The notes beneath the pieces were generated by a model. That model searched no databases, was not told the origin of the DNA, and saw nothing but the letters and a program-made list of their open reading frames with translations. A stretch of 55,480 bases of DNA from contig JAMCXX010000001.1 of the NCBI GenBank assembly GCA_023474425.1, positions 1 through 55,480 on the forward strand. The letters are read 5' to 3'. The position numbers and the translations under genes are program-made. Positions 22,865 to 31,309 of this stretch are shown here, one piece after another. This stretch comes from Patescibacteria group bacterium (GTDB lineage: Bacteria; Patescibacteriota; WWE3; JAMCXX01). How positions within the stretch are numbered: the first letter of the stretch is position 1; each line of letters begins with the position of its first letter.

Positions 22865-22916
22865 ATACCACTAATATACAATTTCTATGTGGGAGATGTC
22901 GTGAGATAATTTAGCC

Positions 22917-23702
22917 ATGAAAAGACTTTTATTCTTTATACTTTTGTTGGCGATTTTTACTTTTATCTTGATTATTTTTCAACCTAAGTCTTCGAGAGAG
23001 AATAAGAGATCCGGCCCCACTGTTTCAAAAGAGTTGTCAACCGAACTAAATGAACTCTTTGGCAAAGGTTTAGTTTTTTTAAACGGCGAGGAGATTAATT
23101 TTTCTTGGTTTACAGTTAACAGCGTTTCGCGTTTGACGCTAACGCCGAATTTCGATGAAAAAATTTCGAGTTTTGAATTTGTGAATGAAAACGCCTGCTA
23201 TTTTTTGGCCAATGGAGGCTTTTACACCTCTGATTATAAGCCTCTGGGTCTTTTGGAAAGCGAAGGCAAGATTTTAAGCAATTTTGACCAAAGTAACCTA
23301 CGTAACGGCGTCTTTTTTGTTGACAAGTTCGGTGTCGCCGGCATTGTTCCGTCGGTAAACGACCCAAATTTAGAATTAGCAGTTCAATCCGGCCCACTTC
23401 TTTTAATGGAAGGACAGCCGGCAAAGTTACTAATTTCAAATGATGAGCCGAGGCGGCGTGTACTGGTTTCTCTGGACCAAAATCAAAAGATTGTATTTCT
23501 TACGGCTTATAGCGCCGATGACAGCTTTAACGGCCCGAGGCTTAAGGATTTACCTATCGCGTTAAAAATGTTGAGCGATAAATATTCTCTGAATTTGGTA
23601 AGCGGCTTAAATTTGGACGGCGGTTCGGCTTCGGCCTTTTACTCCCCCCAACTTTTTCTTTCGGAAATAAAACCGGTCGGCTCTTTTTTCTGTGTTAGAT
23701 AG
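22917..23702 (+). CDS. Phosphodiester glycosidase (NAGPA/DUF2233) family protein
   Basis: 261 aa with ATG start and a signal anchor. LANGGFYT and NLDGGSASAF blocks. Confidence 0.65.
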   Translation: MKRLLFFILLLAIFTFILIIFQPKSSRENKRSGPTVSKELSTELNELFGKGLVFLNGEEINFSWFTVNSVSRLTLTPNFDEKISSFEFVNENACYFLANGGFYTSDYKPLGLLESEGKILSNFDQSNLRNGVFFVDKFGVAGIVPSVNDPNLELAVQSGPLLLMEGQPAKLLISNDEPRRRVLVSLDQNQKIVFLTAYSADDSFNGPRLKDLPIALKMLSDKYSLNLVSGLNLDGGSASAFYSPQLFLSEIKPVGSFFCVR

Positions 23703-23730
23703 CGGCCTGTGCTAGTATATTAATTATCAT

Positions 23731-23804
23731 TTCGGGGTCGTCTAACGGTAGGACAGCGGCCTTTGAAGCCGTTAATCATGGTCCGAATCCATGCCCCGAA
23801 GCCA
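23731..23804 (+). tRNA. tRNA-Gln (anticodon TTG), CCA encoded
   Basis: 74 nt. Acceptor TTCGGGG/CCCCGAA, discriminator G, anticodon loop CTTTGAA. The T-loop reads TCCGAAT (C at position 55). Confidence 0.85.
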
Positions 23805-23846
23805 TTCGGTCAGCGATGCCGGCTTTTGGCAAGCTGTTGTTAAGAA

Positions 23847-25535
23847 ATGCTTAATTTTGGTAGTTGGCCGCTTTTACTTCTACGTACGGGGTACGATTTG
23901 TCAGTCGCCGCAATCGTAATTTTCGGTTTGTTGATTCTTTTGCTAGCCTTTAGGCGTCTGGGCCGACGGCAGCAGAAAAACGCAGCTCAATTCGAAGAGA
24001 CATCCTTACTCGAAGCAAACTCTACTTTCCGCGCTTATAATCCGGTCAACATCTTGGATGTTAAAAGCGAAAATTCGGATAACAGAACCGCCGCTTCGGA
24101 ACAACCGTTTCCGGAGGTTTTTAATGCCAGTCCGAATATTGTTTTTATTAAAAACAAGGACGGCTATTACGAATTTGTTAACCGCCGTTTTGCCGAGGTC
24201 TTCGAAATTAAACCGGAAGAAGTGAAAGGGAAAACCGGTTACGGGTTCTTTCCCAGAGACTTAGTTGACCGTTGGAATCAGGACGATCGGAAAATTATTG
24301 ATGAGGCCTCAATTATTAACCGTGAGGAAAAATTTTTTGACCGCCGCGGCGGTCTACACGTTTATTTTGTCACCCGTTTTCCGCTTTTTGACTCCCTTGG
24401 TAAGGTCGCCTCAATTTGCGGTATTGGTACGGATATAACCGAGATCCGAGAGTATCAGACTACTCTGGTTCAGGACAAAGCGCGGATGGAAGCCGTTCTT
24501 AGAAGCATTGGCGAAGGGCTAGTGGTCAGCGATGCTCAAGGGCGCCCCACGCTCATAAATCCGGTAGCGGAATCGAGTTTAGGCTACTCAATTTCCGATT
24601 TTGGTCTTAAGAGTTGGCCGCAGGTAGTCAGGCTTGAAGACGAAAAAGGAAATGTTGTTGAGGAATCCGCCCGGCCGCTTATCCGGGCTCTGGGCAATAA
24701 ACAGAAATTCTTTTCGGACCAATACTATTTTGTTGAACGGGGCGGTCGGCGGTTTCCGGCGGCCATTACGGCTGCTCCAATTATTTTTCAGGATAAAATA
24801 ATCGGCGCCGTGGCTGCCTTTCGGGACATTAGTCGGGAAAAAGAGTTGGAGCAGGCCAAAGATGAATTTGTTTCTATGGTTTCTCACGAACTTAAAGCCC
24901 CGATGACGTCTATTAAAATGGGTTTCGACGTTGTTCTGCGCGGCGATTATGGTCAATTATCTTCGTCACTTAAGGAGATTATTGGCAAGATGTACGCCTA
25001 CATTGACCGTCTCTTGGATTTAGTGGAAGACGTTTTGAGCCTTTCGCGTCTGGAGTCGGGAGTTTATAAGGTTACTCTTAAAGATTTAAATATGTCCGGT
25101 GTCGTTAGGGAAACAGTCGACTCTCTAAAAATCCTTGCCGAAAAGAAAGGGGTATCAATGACCATCGGTAACTTTGCCGAGGCAAATGTTCGGGCCGACC
25201 CGGCTTTAGTTGTGGAAGTTCTGACCAATTTATTGGGCAACGCCGTTAAGTTTACCGATCGGGGCTCAATCGTTGTGAGTGGCGAAGTGATTGGTAAATT
25301 CTTGGAAATAGCCGTGACCGATACTGGAGTGGGAATTTCGGAAGTTAACCAGACGAAGCTTTTTAAAAAATTTCAACAGGTAAGCTCTTCGCAGCGCGGG
25401 CGCCCCTCGGGTACCGGTTTGGGACTTTATCTTTCCAAAAAATTGGCTAATCTCATGGCTGGAGATTTGGTGCTTAAAAGTTCTAAAGAAAATCGGGGAA
25501 GCGTTTTTGTCCTGTCTTTGCCGTTAGTCGGTTGA
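23847..25535 (+). CDS. PAS-domain sensor histidine kinase
   Basis: 562 aa with ATG start and an N-terminal TM. Two PAS-like segments, H-box SHELKAPMTS, N-box LLGNAVKFT, G-boxes DTGVGI and GTGLGL. No response regulator is adjacent. Confidence 0.9.
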   Translation: MLNFGSWPLLLLRTGYDLSVAAIVIFGLLILLLAFRRLGRRQQKNAAQFEETSLLEANSTFRAYNPVNILDVKSENSDNRTAASEQPFPEVFNASPNIVFIKNKDGYYEFVNRRFAEVFEIKPEEVKGKTGYGFFPRDLVDRWNQDDRKIIDEASIINREEKFFDRRGGLHVYFVTRFPLFDSLGKVASICGIGTDITEIREYQTTLVQDKARMEAVLRSIGEGLVVSDAQGRPTLINPVAESSLGYSISDFGLKSWPQVVRLEDEKGNVVEESARPLIRALGNKQKFFSDQYYFVERGGRRFPAAITAAPIIFQDKIIGAVAAFRDISREKELEQAKDEFVSMVSHELKAPMTSIKMGFDVVLRGDYGQLSSSLKEIIGKMYAYIDRLLDLVEDVLSLSRLESGVYKVTLKDLNMSGVVRETVDSLKILAEKKGVSMTIGNFAEANVRADPALVVEVLTNLLGNAVKFTDRGSIVVSGEVIGKFLEIAVTDTGVGISEVNQTKLFKKFQQVSSSQRGRPSGTGLGLYLSKKLANLMAGDLVLKSSKENRGSVFVLSLPLVG

Positions 25536-26327
25536 AGCGGACGGTGTGGACGACCGGCTTCCTGCAATCAGCTGTTTAAAGAGATTTCTCATTTGGCCAA
25601 AGTCGGCTCTAATTTTGGCAAAGCCCGCCCTAGTGGTATTGGCAATGTCCTGACGGACGGTGGAAAAAATCTGCTCCGCTTCCGAGACGTTCCCATTCCC
25701 CAACGCTTCCACCTTGGCAATATTGGAGTTTATGTCAACGCTAATTGTTTTAAGCTCCTGCGAAATGTCAGAGAGATACGATTGAAGTCCGGTGGTATCC
25801 TTCCCCTGCGACTTGAGATCGTTAACTAAGTTCTGTATTTCCGGAAGCTGCGCCGCGAGATTGGCGTCAACGGCGGCCAGATTGTTGAGGGTAATTAAAA
25901 GGCGGATTTTGGGCTCAAAGACAGCGTAAATGTAGTAGTTGGTAACAATCTCTTTGGCGTTGGCGCGGGCAGCAACTAAATCGGTATCCGCGTCAATTTT
26001 TTGTTTAAGGGCGGTTAAACCGGCGATATCGTTTTGCACCTCGTTTGTAAGCGAATTCTTTTGGTCGCTCGTCAATCGGTTGTCGTTCTGAATTCGAGTA
26101 TTAATCGTATTTAGGGAACTAATACGCATTCCGATCATTTTATCGGCTCTCTGAATAAGTGTTTCCAAGCCTTGTGCCTTCCTCTCGGCCGCGCGGGTAG
26201 CCTGGTTGGCTAAACGGTCGACTCCTCTCACCAGTCCGGGAACGTCCAGACCAGCGGCATAAACCCCACCGGAAATTACGCAGCCTAAAAGTAAGACGGT
26301 TATCGTTAGAGTTAGTAACTTTTTCAT
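25524..26327 (-). CDS. Secreted helical/coiled-coil hypothetical protein
   Basis: 267 aa with ATG start and a signal peptide ending VYAAG. Q/N/A-rich helical repeats. The start overlaps the upstream gene stop (ATGA). Confidence 0.5.
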   Translation of the reverse strand: MKKLLTLTITVLLLGCVISGGVYAAGLDVPGLVRGVDRLANQATRAAERKAQGLETLIQRADKMIGMRISSLNTINTRIQNDNRLTSDQKNSLTNEVQNDIAGLTALKQKIDADTDLVAARANAKEIVTNYYIYAVFEPKIRLLITLNNLAAVDANLAAQLPEIQNLVNDLKSQGKDTTGLQSYLSDISQELKTISVDINSNIAKVEALGNGNVSEAEQIFSTVRQDIANTTRAGFAKIRADFGQMRNLFKQLIAGSRSSTPSASTD

Positions 26328-26710
26328 AAGCCAACGGTTGAATCTTGGGTTTTATCTATGGAGTTTAAGGCCTTTAGGTCGGCGTCGGTTTGGTCCAGAG
26401 CTTTCTGGATCGACGCTTCCGTGTTGTTCAGGGTTTGGTCAACATTGGCGGCGGTTACGGGAGTCGGCGTCGGTGTAGAAGTCTGACTGACGGCATTGGA
26501 ATCTTCCTTGACCGGATTTGGTTGGATAGAAAGCTTAGTTATCGGTTTGTTTTGCAGGTAAAAGTAAATTCCGGCGATGACAATAATCAACGCCAGCACG
26601 GCCATAAAATAATTTAGTACATGGCGTCCTTCCTTCTTTCCTGCGTTCGGTGTCGCCGGGTTTGAATTTAAATTCGCGGGTTTTGGGGAAACCACTTCCG
26701 GTTCGGGCAT
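26324..26710 (-). CDS. Single-pass membrane hypothetical protein
   Basis: The ORF track starts at TTG 26731. The first ATG is at 26710 (MPEPEVV...). One TM (FMAVLALIIVIAGIYFYL). Translationally coupled to the downstream gene. Confidence 0.45.
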   Translation of the reverse strand: MPEPEVVSPKPANLNSNPATPNAGKKEGRHVLNYFMAVLALIIVIAGIYFYLQNKPITKLSIQPNPVKEDSNAVSQTSTPTPTPVTAANVDQTLNNTEASIQKALDQTDADLKALNSIDKTQDSTVGL

Positions 26711-26767
26711 ATTAAAAATATTATTTCGCAAAAAACTTTCTTGTCAAATATAATATACTTCTCGAGT

Positions 26768-27685
26768 ATGGCGAGGTTCCTAAGCTTCCTAAAAAGAAAT
26801 CGTCTCTGGTTGTTTCTTTCCCTCTTAATTTTTGTCGGTTTTACTGGACAGCTGGCCGTTAAAAGAATAATTCTCCATTCCTATGATTCTTCCGCCGGCG
26901 GCGAGGAACTTTTGGACCTGGCGCCGGTTTCCCCGCCGGCGGAAATACAGGAAAAGATAAACAAAATTAAACAGCCTACGCCGGGCACGTCAACCGCGCC
27001 GGTCTACCGGATACCCATTTTAATGTATCACTATGTGGAACCGGTGGCCGATAAAACCAACAAAGTCCGCACGGCTCTAACCACCACGCCGGAGGTTTTG
27101 GAAAGCGACTTAAGAGCCCTTAAATCGCGCGGTTATACTTTTTTAACGGCGAGTGATTTAGCGGATATCTTGGACGGTAAAGCCGGACTTCCGGCCAAAC
27201 CAATTCTTCTGACTTTCGACGATAGCTATGAAGATTTTTACACTGAAGCCTACCCTATTCTTAAAAAGTATCGGGCAAAGGCTACCCAGTATGTAATCAG
27301 CGGGTTTATTAACAAACCCGACCATTTAACGGCCCAACAAATTGAAATAATCGCCAAAGAAGGTTTGGTGGAAATCGGCGCCCATACGGTTCATCACTTT
27401 TGGCTCAAGGGGCTTTCTGTATCTAAAGTAAATGTAGAGATTGCCCAGAGCCGTGATGCCCTGGAAAAACTTATTGATAAGCCGGTTACGGCCTTTGCCT
27501 ACCCTTTTGGCGCTTTTGACAATCAAACAATCGAGTCTGTGCGAAAGGCCGGTTTTACTACGGCTGTCTCTACCCAGCCGGGAACATCACAAAGCGAGGT
27601 CAACCGCTATTTTCTTTTTCGCCTGCGTCCGGGTGGCCGCGTCGAAGCCGGATTAATTGATTGGCTCAATCGTCAGGGGCCTTAG
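26768..27685 (+). CDS. Polysaccharide deacetylase (NodB homology) family protein
   Basis: ATG at 26768 (MARFLSF...). LLTFDDSYEDFY (TFDD motif) and GAHTVHH (His motif). Confidence 0.85.
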   Translation: MARFLSFLKRNRLWLFLSLLIFVGFTGQLAVKRIILHSYDSSAGGEELLDLAPVSPPAEIQEKINKIKQPTPGTSTAPVYRIPILMYHYVEPVADKTNKVRTALTTTPEVLESDLRALKSRGYTFLTASDLADILDGKAGLPAKPILLTFDDSYEDFYTEAYPILKKYRAKATQYVISGFINKPDHLTAQQIEIIAKEGLVEIGAHTVHHFWLKGLSVSKVNVEIAQSRDALEKLIDKPVTAFAYPFGAFDNQTIESVRKAGFTTAVSTQPGTSQSEVNRYFLFRLRPGGRVEAGLIDWLNRQGP

Positions 27686-27692
27686 AAACTTT

Positions 27693-28370
27693 ATGATTAA
27701 GTTTCTGATTCATAGTCTTTTAGTATTGGCGGCAATTTTGGCTGGCATTTTTTTATCTTTTTATTACTCAAGAATTATTGACTTTGTTAAAAATTCCGCC
27801 CCCGTTGCAGGTGTTGGGGAGAACACTCGGCTGAAAATAGAAAGTCCGGTTTTTTCTTTTGACCAAGCTCCGTTGGAATCGCAGAAAGCGCAGATAACCG
27901 CGCTCTTTGGCGGAGTTTTCTGGCAGTCGCGCACGGCCAGCCAAGCCGCCGAGATTAAATCTCCAGTCAGCCTTGCGCAAGGGGAAGAAATTTCTACGGG
28001 CGATAACGGAGGGGTGACAATCCTTTTTCCGGCCGGTCAGACCGTTTCCCTAGAGGCTGATACCAAGGTTAATTTAATTCAGACCTTGCCTAAAAACTTG
28101 GTTTTTGAACAAAGCCTGGGCAGCGCAATCTATCTTAATACCGAGGTTGAACCAATCTCGATCAAAGCGGCTAGCCTGCTCACAACACTAGCCTTGGGAA
28201 AAATAAAAATCTCGGTTTCCCCTTCCCTGCCCCAAATAATTATTGCGGTTCAGGATGGCCAAGCGACGGCGGCCTACAACAATCAGCAAAACGTGACCCA
28301 AGTTAAGAAAATAAACCCAGGGCAAACGGCGGTATATAACACGATCTTTCGGACGTTTATATTTGAGTAG
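27693..28370 (+). CDS. Membrane-anchored beta-rich hypothetical (FecR-like?)
   Basis: ATG at 27693, 7 nt after the deacetylase stop. N-terminal TM. The family call is weak. Confidence 0.4.
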   Translation: MIKFLIHSLLVLAAILAGIFLSFYYSRIIDFVKNSAPVAGVGENTRLKIESPVFSFDQAPLESQKAQITALFGGVFWQSRTASQAAEIKSPVSLAQGEEISTGDNGGVTILFPAGQTVSLEADTKVNLIQTLPKNLVFEQSLGSAIYLNTEVEPISIKAASLLTTLALGKIKISVSPSLPQIIIAVQDGQATAAYNNQQNVTQVKKINPGQTAVYNTIFRTFIFE

Positions 28371-28391
28371 GGTCGAATTTTGTGCGCTGCG

Positions 28392-29591
28392 TCATTGCGG
28401 GCTCCGCAGATAAGCCCCAACGGGTTTAAGAATACTCCCACCCTCGTAACCCAGCGCCCAAAGGGCAATTCCGCTTAAATTTTTATCTATAGAAAGACTA
28501 ATTTTAGCCTGCGCTGATTTCTCATCCGGAAAGAAAATTTCATGAACGGAGCCAGTCTCTTGATCGGGGTAAACCAAGAATTCTTCTTGGGCAGTTTCGT
28601 CAAAAACAAAACGGCAGTTAGAACAGTCATTTAATATTTTCTCGGCCGTTGCGTTGCTTACGGTTAGAGCCGAGCCGGGAATTACGGCGGCGTGGTTTGA
28701 GTCACTAATCGTTTCCCAGCCGTAGCCATAGAGGGGAATGCCGAGAATTAACTTTTGTGGTGGAACAAGGTTGAGCGCCAGCGTAACAGCCTGGTTTACG
28801 TCGTACTCATAAATACCGCCGCCGCCGTTAAGGGGCGAAACCGGACCGACTACTTTGGAGCCGGGGAAGTGGTAATCATAGGCCATAATTACGATTTTAT
28901 CGGCTATCGGAGCAATTTGTTTAAGGTCAATAAGGTTATGCTTTACTAAGTCAGAGGCACTTGCCTCAATTGTTAAACTCTGTTTTCTTTCGGAAAGTCC
29001 GGTTTTTAAGGAACCCACAAAAACAGCAAAATTAAGCCGGGCTTCGTCTGAGGCTTCCTTGGTGCTTTCCACATCGAGATTTAAATCACTAAACCCGTAT
29101 TTGTTCATAATCGGCTCCAGATTTTTGAGGAGCTGCTGCGCTTTACCGGCCGGGTTTTGAATAAGGTTGTCAATAGACCCATTGTCGCCGTTAAATACCG
29201 CCAGCGAGAGATTCACGCCCTTTTCTTTTAACGACGATAGAAAAGTTTGAGTCTTTTGATCGGTCAGCTTGTACCAGCCGGGGTCAAACTGCCCGGGTTT
29301 GGCAAATTTAATTAAATTACCATCGGCGTCAAATTTAAGACCAAAATAGATAAGGGTGGAAAGGACAGTTGAGTAGTCTTGATTATCCTGAAGCTTGGCC
29401 CAGTAAGGCCAAAATCCCAATACCTCGCGTTTACTTTGAAAATCATTCAGGAATGAAACTAGGGGTGAAATAATCGAAGGCGTCCGGTTAAGTTGGATAT
29501 ACAGTTTTTGATAAAAAAATCCGAGAGCGGCGCCCAGAGCCAAGCAAAGAATAAAAAGAAAGGCGTACTTAACTGCGTTAAACAATTTCAT
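28392..29591 (-). CDS. Glycoside hydrolase family 18 (chitinase-like) protein
   Basis: ATG at 29591 (MKLFNAV..., signal anchor). FSDLNLDVE fits DxxDxDxE, and MAYDYH is typical of GH18. Confidence 0.7.
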   Translation of the reverse strand: MKLFNAVKYAFLFILCLALGAALGFFYQKLYIQLNRTPSIISPLVSFLNDFQSKREVLGFWPYWAKLQDNQDYSTVLSTLIYFGLKFDADGNLIKFAKPGQFDPGWYKLTDQKTQTFLSSLKEKGVNLSLAVFNGDNGSIDNLIQNPAGKAQQLLKNLEPIMNKYGFSDLNLDVESTKEASDEARLNFAVFVGSLKTGLSERKQSLTIEASASDLVKHNLIDLKQIAPIADKIVIMAYDYHFPGSKVVGPVSPLNGGGGIYEYDVNQAVTLALNLVPPQKLILGIPLYGYGWETISDSNHAAVIPGSALTVSNATAEKILNDCSNCRFVFDETAQEEFLVYPDQETGSVHEIFFPDEKSAQAKISLSIDKNLSGIALWALGYEGGSILKPVGAYLRSPQ

Positions 29592-29635
29592 AGGCCGACT
29601 AGACACAGCTTTACCTAATACTTATTATATAATCA

Positions 29636-30124
29636 ATGCCTCAAATAAATTTAAAGGATTGGGCAATATTCCTTGCCTCAATTATTGTCTGCCAAATGGC
29701 CGGGGTTATAGGTTCCTTTTTTACTATTAGCGCCATCACCGGCTGGTATGCCACCCTGTCTAAGCCTTTTTTTAGTCCCCCCAACTGGGTTTTTGGTCCG
29801 GTTTGGATTTCTCTCTATACACTTATGGGTGTTTCTCTATTCTTCCTTTGGCGCTCCCGCCCCCAATCGTCCGATCGCCGCCGGGCTCTATGCCTCTTTG
29901 GTGCGCAGTTAATTTTAAACGCTTTTTGGTCGGTGGCTTTCTTTGGCTTAAGAAACGCCCTTTTCGGACTTTTAATAATTTTGCCGCTTTTAGGATTGAT
30001 TGGCTGGCTGATTCTAACTTTAAAAAAGGTTAACCTGATTGCCGCCGCCCTTCTTTATCCGTATTTTCTTTGGGTAAGTTTTGCCTCGATTCTCAATTTT
30101 TCCGTTTGGTATTTAAACAGATAG
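29636..30124 (+). CDS. tspO: TspO/MBR family tryptophan-rich sensory protein
   Basis: 162 aa, 5 TM. GWYATLSKPFFSPPNWVFGPVWISLYTLMG is the family signature. Confidence 0.9.
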   Translation: MPQINLKDWAIFLASIIVCQMAGVIGSFFTISAITGWYATLSKPFFSPPNWVFGPVWISLYTLMGVSLFFLWRSRPQSSDRRRALCLFGAQLILNAFWSVAFFGLRNALFGLLIILPLLGLIGWLILTLKKVNLIAAALLYPYFLWVSFASILNFSVWYLNR

Positions 30125-30131
30125 GATTACT

Positions 30132-30548
30132 TTAGGATTGTCGGATTTTTTTAAGCTTGGCCACGTAAACAATTTCTGCTGTTTCGCCGTCATCGCCTTC
30201 GATCTGGTTGGAACCGGAGAGTCTTTGGTACTCCACCAAATAATCGGAAAGAGAAGCCCGGGTTTCCTTAAGATAGGCGGTTAGTTCCTTGATTTTGGCA
30301 ACCGTGGGTGAAAGTTTAGCGTCATCTAAAATTTGCCTTTTAACGTCCGATTTAATTTTGGAAGCCTCCTTGGCTTCCTGACTGGCCTCGCGGTAGTGTG
30401 GATTATTTTCCAAAGTGTCTTCAACCATCTCTTTATGATTACCTAGTTCTTTTTGCGCTCGATCCAGCGCCGCCATTTGATTTTTAATAATCTTAATTAC
30501 GGCGGTTAGGTCATCGACGGCTTCTTTTTCAATCTTTTTTTCCGGCAT
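30132..30548 (-). CDS. Coiled-coil hypothetical protein
   Basis: 138 aa with ATG start. Highly charged and helical, no motif recognised. Confidence 0.45.
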   Translation of the reverse strand: MPEKKIEKEAVDDLTAVIKIIKNQMAALDRAQKELGNHKEMVEDTLENNPHYREASQEAKEASKIKSDVKRQILDDAKLSPTVAKIKELTAYLKETRASLSDYLVEYQRLSGSNQIEGDDGETAEIVYVAKLKKIRQS

Positions 30549-30616
30549 AAATTAAATATAATTAATCGTATAAATAATTTCCAGTGTTTTTTTCTGATTT
30601 ATAGTAATATACTCAC

Positions 30617-31309
30617 ATGGTGAAAATACTAGCGGTTGTCGTTTTAATTTTGGTTATTTGGGTTTTAGCCCTTAATTCCGTTAAAAATACCGGTTCTAAG
30701 AATCTGCCGGAATCCGCTCCGCCATCGGAGCCATTAGAATCGACAGCTTCATCCAGGTTGGAGCAGTCTCCTGCAACCCCGGCGGCCGCGATTAAAACTT
30801 ACAACTCACCACCGCCCATGCAGATTAACTCCTCTAAGAGTTATACAGCCATACTTAATACAACGGCAGGCCAAATTCAAATTCAACTGGACGCCTCTGT
30901 GACGCCAATAACCGTGAATAACTTTGTCTTTCTTGCCCGTCACAATTTTTACGACGATACAATTTTTCATCGCGTTATAAAAGGTTTTATGATTCAGGGA
31001 GGCGACCCCAAGGGCGACGGCACCGGCGGTCCCGGGTACACTTTCGCCGACGAGCCTTTTAGCGGCGAATACAGCCGCGGTACCGTCGCCATGGCCAACG
31101 CCGGGCCGAATACCAACGGCAGCCAGTTTTTTATTATGCAGGAAAACGCGAACCTCCCTAAAAACTACGTAATCTTTGGCAAAGTCACCAAAGGTCTGGA
31201 TGTCGTTGATCGGATTGCCGAGGCCGCAGTTAAAGAATCCCCAGCCGGAGAAATGTCTTCGCCCGCGGAACCCGTAAAAATAACCTCTGTTTTTATCGAG
31301 GAAAATTAA
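30617..31309 (+). CDS. Cyclophilin-type peptidyl-prolyl cis-trans isomerase, membrane-anchored
   Basis: 230 aa. FHRVIKGFMIQGGDP and GTVAMANAGPNTNGSQFFI. Confidence 0.9.
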   Translation: MVKILAVVVLILVIWVLALNSVKNTGSKNLPESAPPSEPLESTASSRLEQSPATPAAAIKTYNSPPPMQINSSKSYTAILNTTAGQIQIQLDASVTPITVNNFVFLARHNFYDDTIFHRVIKGFMIQGGDPKGDGTGGPGYTFADEPFSGEYSRGTVAMANAGPNTNGSQFFIMQENANLPKNYVIFGKVTKGLDVVDRIAEAAVKESPAGEMSSPAEPVKITSVFIEEN

